Of a stretch of 64,000 nt of DNA, positions 55,064 through 64,000 are shown piece after piece (the first letter of the stretch is position 1; the number at the start of each line of letters is the position of its first letter). Source of the DNA: Eledone cirrhosa. Its lineage: Eukaryota. The stretch covers positions 157,046,001-157,110,000 of the forward strand of contig OZ024742.1 of assembly GCA_964016885.1 (NCBI GenBank). Direction: 5' to 3'. The notes beneath the pieces are model-generated. The model saw only the letters and a list, made by a program, of their open reading frames with translations, was not told where the DNA came from and searched no databases. A program made the position numbers and the translations under genes.

Positions 55064-58000
55064 TTAATGATAGCAATAATGATTATTATAGTCAAGATTT
55101 TAGACATTGTGTTTTTGCTGCTATTCACGTGGTTAATATTGTTTATAAAAATGGTGTTTGTGGCGGTGGTGGGGATAATCGCTAGAAAATAAATCAGAAA
55201 CCTCCAAGTAAATGAAGTGGTTATATTTTGGTTGTTGTTGTGTAGTCGACAGTTATTCTAATGAACAGCAAAAGATTGGTAAGGTCAAAGAATATATTTC
55301 AAGAAATTCCATCAGCAATAATCTGACATTTCTATTGTTGGAGTCCTTAAGTTTAAATAAAACGTGATGTTCTTAAAATAATTCTCAAATCAATTATTCT
55401 TAAAATGATGATGTTAGGTTCTTTAAATTGGTTCACACGAACACTATTAACGACGTCCATAGACTGAGGGGAGAGAAGTAGGTGGAGGGAGTAGGAAACA
55501 AATTTAAGATTCACATAAACACTGATGAGTTTGTCTGTGTTTGGAGCAGAAGAAAAAAATAAGTCTGGATTAAATAAAATATATTTTATAGTTTATTGAA
55601 AATTATATGTATATTTGTACGCATGTACATATGATGATAAATATCTATAATTCTCTCTTTATACACATACATGCATACCAATACATAGATGTCCGCCTGC
55701 ATATATATATATATATATATTTTTTTTTTCTTTAATTATCTGTGTGTGTATGACTATTCTGGAATGAATAGATATGGTTATTTATAAATATTTTTAAATC
55801 AATATAATTAACTGAAAGAAAATAGAGGATAGAGATTTTTATTAAGGATGTATATATAATGCCGTCTACGAATGTGTTTTGCACGAGAATACTGGTCTCA
55901 TAAATGTTGGATGGATATCATTTCCCTATGATGTGATATGTATATATTTAAAATATTCAACTACTGTAAGTTTAAAAGCAGGGCCGATCATCAGATTTGA
56001 ACAGGAGAACTGTTTCCATTTTCCTTTACCTTGTTCTTCCCACCTGCCGATGACAGGAGGCTGAAAAGATCGGGAACAAAAATTGCAACGTAGCCCGTCT
56101 GACATTTTAAGATTCCTTAAGAACAGCATTTCAATCGATCTATCTATCTCTCTATCTATCTGTCTATATATCTATCTCTATATATATACACTTATAAAAA
56201 TAAGAAAAGCCATCGCTAGAATAGCCGTTAGGACATCTAAATGCTGCGAAAGACGGCTATGGGCCAAAATGCCTCCGTGGACAGTGTCAAGTGGCCAGTG
56301 GTTAACCGAGAGACAATCCACAAAGTGGGTTACAGACAGATGAAATATAGAAAAGATTGACGGAGAAATGTGTTGGTTCACAGAACTGATTGGTGGAGGA
56401 AATAAAGAAACGCAATATACACGAAAGGTATACGCGCACACCTCTTCACCCACATCATCTCTTAAACCAATAAATTGTTTCACACGATTTGATTGAATAT
56501 ACCATTTTAAAATGCTACATCGTGCAACAGAAGACTAAATATTTCTGCTGGCATGTTGTGTGTTTGTGTGATAAAATCGTCAACAGCACAGATATAAGAA
56601 CGAAAGAAAACAAAAAAAAAGAAAATAATTGAATAGTGGACCTCAAACTGTGGTGTCTGTCCTAAATAGAAAGTTAAATGGGAAACAAAACAGGGATATA
56701 TCTGATCGAGACGAAGTGAGAGTGTATTAGGTATTTGAATACTTATCAAAATGAGAAAACACATCGCTAGATCAGACGTTAAAACGGTTAAATGCTGTCA
56801 AAGACAGTGGTGGGCAAAATGCTTTACGGCTCAGAGACCAGCGGTTAATGGTCAACAGAGAGTCAATGAGGGTGAACATATGTGCGTGTGAACATGTCTT
56901 GTACATCGCCTTTCTTTATTTCCTCTTCCAGCCATTTCTGTGAAATTATATTTAATATTAGTGTAATATCTGTTAATAATCGATTGAATCCTATTAACAA
57001 CACTAGTACATATACAATTCTACTAACATGACATTCACCGTATGTATTTTATTCTATTTCCATCTAAGAAGACCTGACACCAGTTGCTTCAGTTCACGTA
57101 GTGTTTGATTTCATGCATTCATGCAAAAATATTTGCAAATATACACATGACATGTTATTGCATCGGTTAACTTAGTCAAATTGCAGCATCATTTTCCCGC
57201 TATCTATATTTTTTTCGGTAAATTTTAATCTCGTATGAAGGGGTGTTATTTGAGACAATTGTGCATACACCATATTTTTACTGCAAAAAATGAATAATCC
57301 CTGTATATAATGCAATTATTTCTGAAACGAAACGTCAATTAGTTCAATGCTAATGACTAATATCTACTCTGGTTAATGATCGATCGTTAGTCATATTGTT
57401 TGTGAAATCATTAATTTCGAACTATATATTGAGGATAAATGATGAAAGAATGCCTCAAATGTTCTGTTGATAATTTGATGATCTTTTCAAGTCCTAGACG
57501 ATCAATAATTAAGCAACTCATTTATTGACCATTTCATTTAAGACACATTTTTAATCAGTTTTTTAGACAAAGTAAGCCATTTATTAATCATTGTTGGAAA
57601 GATGTTACATTATTTAGTAACGAAATATGTTTCCTTAACACGCTAGGAACCTTTAACATTCATAAAAATTTAACTTGATTGTCTGCTTTATAATTAAATG
57701 TTTCTATAGGCATACGAATTCTGAACGTTGACATTTGAATCGTATTTTTATATTACTTTACGAACAATCTTATATCATACTTCTCTTAAAGATGTCGCAA
57801 CCATCCGTTCGTTTGTTAGTAATTGTTTCAGTTAGTAGCCACTACATTAGTGTCAACTATTACAGGTAAAGAGGGAGTGACTTAACAATATTTCGATTGG
57901 TCATGATATGTACGTTTCCAATTTCATAGCACTACTATGTTTCCTATAAACAGGAATTTTATACAACTGTCAATTTCCTGTCAACTAATTACATCGTTTT

Positions 58001-58263
58001 AGGCCTATAGAATTTAATTATATCCAAGCCGTGTGTTTCTAGTTCAAATGCCACTTACTTTAGAGTTAACGACCACTCTCACACACACGCACACACACAC
58101 ACACACACACAAATATATATATATATGTATATATATACATATATATATATATGTATATATATATATAAATATAATATATAAAGGAGAAAATTGAGAGTGT
58201 GTAACACTCAACTTATCAGATAGGCAGTATATTGTTAGCTCAATGTCTGAAGACAGAGCCGTA

Positions 58264-58552
58264 ATACAATTAACAACAAAGAGCGCTTAGAACATAGGTA
58301 TATCTTTAATTGCTGACAATGTTTCGTCCACACTAAAAGTGGGACTCTTCAGAGCTTAAAGAGTAGATACAGAGTATAGAAGCATTAACAAATCCAAAGC
58401 AGAAGAATATAATGTGGGGATATCTTGTTAATGCTTCTATACTCTGTATCTACTCTTTAAGTTCTGAAGAGTCCCACTTTTAGTGTGGACGAAACATTGT
58501 CAGCAATTAAAGATATACCTATGTTCTAAGCGCTCTTTGTTGTTAATTGTAT
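58264..58552. repeat. Near-perfect 128-bp inverted repeat with an HHR in each arm (family F)
   Basis: Arms 58264-58391 and 58425-58552, 33-nt spacer, one mismatch seen. Confidence 0.93.
58454..58513 (+). ncRNA. Minimal type I hammerhead ribozyme (family F); mirror copy at 58303-58362 on the minus strand
   Basis: tctttaa-gtt-CTGAAGA-gtcc(cacttttagtgt)ggac-GAAAC-att-GTC-agc-aa-ttaaaga; canonical core and GUC triplet. Confidence 0.9.
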
Positions 58553-58571
58553 ATATAAATATATATATATA

Positions 58572-58881
58572 TATTGTTATACTTTGGGAGGGTCATGTTG
58601 CCAATAAGAAACACACGCACCAGTTGCGCCAGAACAAAGGAGAGGCACAGAAACAAAGAAAGGAAACCCCAGTCACTGAAGAGGTCACAGAGTGTGTGAA
58701 GAAAGGACTATGACTATATATAAACAACTATCTGGTTGTGGAACCAACCAACCAACCAGAAATTTATAAATTTATAAATTTGTAAATTTATAAATGTATA
58801 ATAAATTAATAAATTGAAGTGAATGCAACGGGTGCGTGTGTTTCTTATTGGCAACATGACCCTCCCAAAGTATAACAATAT
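58572..58881. mobile_element. 310-bp element with ~50-bp terminal inverted repeats and an internal HHR motif (58671-58715, family G)
   Basis: TIR atattgttatactttgggagggtcatgttgccaataagaaacacacgcacc at 58572 and its reverse complement ending at 58881. Internal agtca-CTGAAGA-ggtcac...gtgaa-GAAA-GGAC-TA-tgact. Confidence 0.8.
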
Positions 58882-58949
58882 CGGTTTCAACACACGATTT
58901 CAGATAAAGAATCTTGCTAAACAAATTCAGAAACGAAATATATATATAT

Positions 58950-60118
58950 ATAAAAGACGTAAAATAAGAAAATTATAAAAATTAACTTACTTACTAAAAT
59001 TTCACTCCAACTAATTAGTTTCTGAAAGGGAATAAACATGGTTTCCGAATGGAACACATGGAGAAGGCCTTTCGTCATCAGGAAGTCTATTCTCAGCTAA
59101 GTTCCCAGGCAATGCGTGGACACAGGGAACTTATACAAAAATAATTCAGTGGATGGAAAAAAGCAAGCGTGGACTAAATTCCAAGACATTAAAAAAAATC
59201 ACTGCCTACTTGGCCGGTGGCAAATTCAAAAGAATCAATCACGTGACATCGAGGTCTTGGAATTTAGTCCACGCTTGCTTTTTTCCATCCACTGAATTAT
59301 TTTTGTATAAGTTCCCTGTGTCCACGCATTGCCTGAGAACTTAGCTGAGAATAGACTTCCTGATGACGAAAGGCCTTCTCCATGTGTTCCATTCGGAAAC
59401 CATGTTTATTCCCTTTCAGAAACAAATAGTTGGAATGAAATTTTAGTAAGTAAGTTAATTTTTATAATTTTCTTATTTTACGTCTTTTATATAATTATTC
59501 TGCATCCCCTTGCATTGAAACACAAAGTTACTAAGACAAAACCTATATATTTGCTAGCATAGGTATGCATCTGTATATATATGTTGGTAGATATACTAAT
59601 TCTTTATAATTATCTCCAAATTATCTTGTTGAGCAAAAATTTGCCAAAACTGCTACTATAGTTCGGCTACTGTCTTCTTAATACCCCACTCCTCACTGAT
59701 TAACCTCGATGTCACGTGATTGATTCTTTTGAATTTGCCACCGGCCAAGTAGGCAGTGATTTTTTTAATGTCTTGGAATTTAGTCCACGCTTGCTTTTTT
59801 CCATCCACTGAATTATTTTTGTATAAGTTCCCTGTGTCCACGCATTGCCTGGGAACTTAGCTGAGAATAGACTTCCTGATGACGAAAGACCTTCTCCATG
59901 TATTCCATTCGGAAACCATGTTTATTCCCTTTCAGAAACTAATTAGTTGGAGTGAAATTTTAGTAAGTAAGTTAATTTTTATAATTTTCTTATTTTACGT
60001 GTTTTATATAATTGTTCTGCATCCCCTTGCATTGAAACACAAAGTTACTAAGACAAAACCTATATATTTGCTAGCATAGGTATGCATCTGTATATATATG
60101 TTGGTAGATATACTAATT

Positions 60119-60125
<7 letters not shown>
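58950..60125. mobile_element. ORF-less inverted + partial-tandem repeat with three HHRs (family H)
   Basis: 58950-59253 is the reverse complement of ~59703-60005, and 59253-59605 repeats 59770-60123. HHRs at 59004-59086 (-), 59355-59436 (+) and 59871-59953 (+): acttc-CTGATGA-cgaaag...ctttca-GAAAC-TAATTA-GTT-ggagt. Confidence 0.88.
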
Positions 60126-60175
<50 letters not shown>

Positions 60176-60180
<5 letters not shown>

Positions 60181-60565
60181 CGAAGGAGTTGTGGTAAGGA
60201 ACCAGATGGACCATAACGCACTATAGTACTCAATACTTAGGGTAGTAGAGTGGGTAATAGGAGGAAGTATGACCCCGACGGCAGAGCTCAAGCCCTTTCG
60301 ACGGCTATTTCTAGACTAAAGTGATTGCCTTTAGTCCAGAAATAGCCGTCGAAACAGCTTGAGCTCTGCCGTCGGGGTCATACTTTATCCTATATATATA
60401 GGAGAAAGTCAATCACTTTAGTCTAGAAATAGCCGTCGAAAAAGCTTGAGCTCTGCCGTCGGGGTCATACTTTCTCCTATTACCCACTCTACTGTCCTAA
60501 GTATTGAGTACTATAGTGCGTTATGGTCCATCTGGTCCCTTACCACAACTCCTTCGTTATATATA
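60176..60565. repeat. Nested fold-back repeat between (TA)n tracts
   Basis: 60178-60327 is inverted relative to 60410-60560; additional internal ~120-nt hairpin at 60265-60385. Confidence 0.9.
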
Positions 60566-60569
60566 TATA

Positions 60570-61874
60570 TACACTGACCCCCAATATATTCACCTCTGCT
60601 AAGATGCGAGTCCCTGTGAACATTTTGTCGCGCCACTCCTGGCCCGACTGTGGTGTGACATTAATATCGACCTTCCTTCCTCTCTCTTTCTATCTTCCTT
60701 TTTGTAGCTATCAACCATTACTCTTTTACTTCTCTAACCAAAATTTTAAAGTTCCAAATTTCTGTCGGACTGTTGGGTGGGTTTTAATGGCGGCGCGATC
60801 GGCTCCCTGGCGAACGAGCTCACCTGGAGTGCTTGGAAAAATAAATTTCCCCTTCTTTCAGTAAATGAAAATACTCGGCGTGGCTTAGTTCGCCATGGGG
60901 CCCGGGGCGCGGCCGGTGTTTTAACCGCCAAATAGTACCTTTAAATTACAGAACAAATCGGAACTATTATATAATTAAATGTTAAACTGTTGAACTTTAA
61001 ATTTTCTAACCTCTTTAATATTGAATATTGATTATTAATTTTTTTAACTTCATCCTAGAAGTCTAAACACTGTAAAACACTGACTCCCAATATATTCACC
61101 TCTGCTAAGATGCGGGTCCCTGTGGAAATTTTCTCGCGCCACTCCTGGCTTGACTGTGGTCTGACATTAATATCGACCTTTCTTCCTCTTTCTTTCTATC
61201 TTCCTTCTTGTAGCCATCAACCCTTACTTTTCTACTTCTCTCTTCCCATCCTTCTCTTCTCCCCTCCCCCTGTCTTCCTCCCGCAGACTTATCTTCCTTC
61301 CCCCTCTTGCTTGCCTATATCTGACCAGTAGTAGTTGCCTTCCTCTTTTAGCTGACATTAACCCTGGCTTCTCTTCTTCTTTCTTCCCCCGTCTTCTCTC
61401 TCCTTCCGTTCCTTCTTTCTTTTACCTTGTGTCATGGGATCGACGTTAACCTATGCTCCCATCCCTTCCTGTTTTCGTTCATCTGACCGGTAGTAGCATA
61501 CTGCAAAATTTAGCCACGTCACTCCAGGGCGACCGGCTGAGGTTGAAGGAACAGAATAGCGGTCGCCCTCGGGTCTCGATTTTCAGCCCCATGGATTTTA
61601 CCTATTACATTCACGTATTATATTTCGAATACCTGATGATATCACCGGATTCATACGGATCCCGGTCATTGAAATGATCATAGTATAATAAACCTTTCAA
61701 GGATTTACACAAATCCAGCCTGTCATTTCATTATAATATTTAACTCCGTAATAGCACCACCAACTACAAAAACAAAGACGGTTGAACTGCTTTACGTTGA
61801 GTACTCTGTATATTATTGCATTACGATTGACCATAAGGAATAGACCAGCTCTATACAGTGGTGAACCTCAAACC

Positions 61875-61880
<6 letters not shown>
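60570..61880 (+). mobile_element. Probable PLE 3' pLTR/non-autonomous element with internal direct repeat and terminal HHR
   Basis: Direct repeats 60570-60737 and 61077-61243; pyrimidine-rich tract; HHR at 61629-61686; bounded by (TA)n. Confidence 0.6.
61629..61686 (+). ncRNA. Type I hammerhead ribozyme (family I)
   Basis: atac-CTGATGA-tatcACCGG...CCGGTcatt-GAAA-TGATCA-TA-gtat; palindromic ATGATCAT stem III. Confidence 0.85.
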
Positions 61881-61920
<40 letters not shown>

Positions 61921-61923
<3 letters not shown>

Positions 61924-62062
61924 TTTTGGCACAAGGCCATCAATTACCCAGTGTATTACTGGTACTTTATTTTATCGACCCCATACGGATGAAAGGCAAA
62001 GTTAACCTCGGCTGAATTTGAACTCAGAATGGCAAGGGCCCTCAGAATGGCATCCGACCCTC
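61921..62062 (-). mobile_element. tRNA-derived SINE, internally deleted (another tail fragment at 63822-63875)
   Basis: Matches the reverse complement of the SINE consensus. Confidence 0.85.
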
Positions 62063-63958
62063 TTATATATATAATAATTACCAATAATATAATGGGAGGG
62101 ATCGTAGATGTCTATGCTTATAGGATAGCGAATTAATTTAGACGTCACCGTTACATAATCATTTCTAGCCATATATATATCGTCTTAACCAAGTCTCATA
62201 TCATACGTAAATGCCATTACTCAGTAGTTAGTACGTATAGGTATTTTCTTTGAGACAAAATAGAACAATCAATGACTATGATTTTAAACTCAACATGGTA
62301 CTTTCAATGTATAATCAATGTTTGTAATATATTGATTTTTTTGATTTTTTTTCAAAAACACGGCTAATATGTCAGGCTCCATTAAGATAAGTCGAATGTT
62401 AACATTGTTGATAATCGAATAATTTGTTGGGTTATTCAGTATACTTCACATTTTTGGAGGATGTGATTCTTTAGATGTAGCATCCAGCTGTTGAATGATA
62501 TGAAGTGGGGGCAGTTGTCAACCCACAGTTTACCTTCTATTTTCAACAGGAAATTCTAGAATTAGCCTTGAAATATTATTGAGAAAACAACGCAAAACCA
62601 TTCCAACGAGTTCTTTTCGTAAGCAATGACGTAAAGAACATTTGAGCTTCAGCCATAATTACAGCAAAAGTGTACAATGGAGCCACTATATTTGGGAGGA
62701 TTTAAACGATTATAAGATGACACTACATAATATTATTTAAATTATGTATATTTTAGAAACAAATATATTGCTGTAATTTCTTCTCGAAAAGGACGCATCT
62801 CGCGATTCATTATGACATAAAAGAAGAATAGTCAGGTTCCGTATGTTAAGAATATATATTCGATAATATTACGGTTTTACATCTTCGCATCCAAATCACA
62901 CTTGTACTAATATTCTTCTGAACTTATTTCAATGAATCTACACAGGAGTGTCGCACCCAACAAATAAGCAACAGACAGGAGAAGTTGAAAATAATCGTTT
63001 TAATATATTCTCAGAATTTTAAAAATCAAACCATCAATACACATTAACATCCATGATCTAGGAGAAACAAAAACAAAATTAAAGATATGTTTTGTACAAA
63101 TGTGCATGATAATGAAAACCTTCTAACTGAAATATCTAATTATGAATAGTAAAAAGACAAATGAAGATACTGAAAACGATACTGACGAATGTAATGCTTC
63201 ACACCGAACCTTAGCCTCCACCTAATGTTACAAAATGTAAACAATAAAAATCCGTAGTAAGGAGCTACCTATTAGAAGATACCGAATATGGCTTCACATA
63301 GAGGCCTATTTTAATAATTTAAAAGGACCTATCGTGTAAATCATATAATTTAATATACGGTATAACGCGCAAAGGTTGCCATGAACAGTACATTTGACAA
63401 AAAGGTCTGGGATTTCGACAAAAAATATGTACAAAGTAAAAAATGTAGGAAACCATAAGTTAGAAACAGTACTCTTAGTAAGCCTTTTTATTTCAGAACA
63501 AAAATGCTTTAAGAGGGAAATGCAAGTAATAACTAAATCAAATGAGATATACAATCATTGTACTTTGGCTAACAAATGTAATTATATTCATGGTACACCT
63601 TGAGTTGAACCCCATATTTTGGCATGTATTTTAGAGAAGAATAACAACAAAGATGTTATAAATTTCAACCCTTGTCTTAGAGAAATATAAGTGAAACACA
63701 CGGAAACTATTTTCAATGCAAGATGCAGCAACGTGCAACATATATCCAACACAATTACTAAAGAAAGTTATGCTTTGAAAATATACTTCAAGAGAAACCG
63801 GTTACTACAAAACAAATGAGATAATTGTTTCTACTTTTGGCACAAGGCCAGCAATTATCCCAGTGATAATGGTAGTCGTCTCCGAAAGTTCATCTATATT
63901 AAAAGATATATATATAAATTCTTTTCGGTGTGTAATGAACGTATACTTGTCTAACAAC

Positions 63959-64000
<42 letters not shown>

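Overview
AT-rich eukaryotic (animal) genomic DNA. The (TA)n microsatellites and the SINE and Penelope repertoire suggest an octopod cephalopod, which is an inference. No host protein-coding gene can be supported; the window is a dense field of decayed retroelements. It contains: (i) several Penelope-like elements (PLEs) in (TA)n tracts, namely one near-full-length Hydra-clade-like copy (5845-11000), two 5'-truncated Hydra-like copies with inverted pLTRs, and a Neptune-type copy; (ii) an ~9 kb Tx1/L1-type LINE between (TTA)n tracts with a ~3 kb internal tandem duplication of ORF2, plus an older copy of the same family; (iii) fragments of RTE, Vingi/Ingi, CRE and probably R4/Dong LINEs; (iv) about 8 copies or fragments of a tRNA-derived SINE. 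The most notable signal is about 15 type I hammerhead ribozyme (HHR) motifs from about 8 distinct sequence families. Many lie in ORF-less tandem and fold-back modules that resemble non-autonomous retrozymes, and several modules carry ribozymes on both strands. All structures were folded and aligned by eye, and boundaries are approximate (about 5-30 bp).
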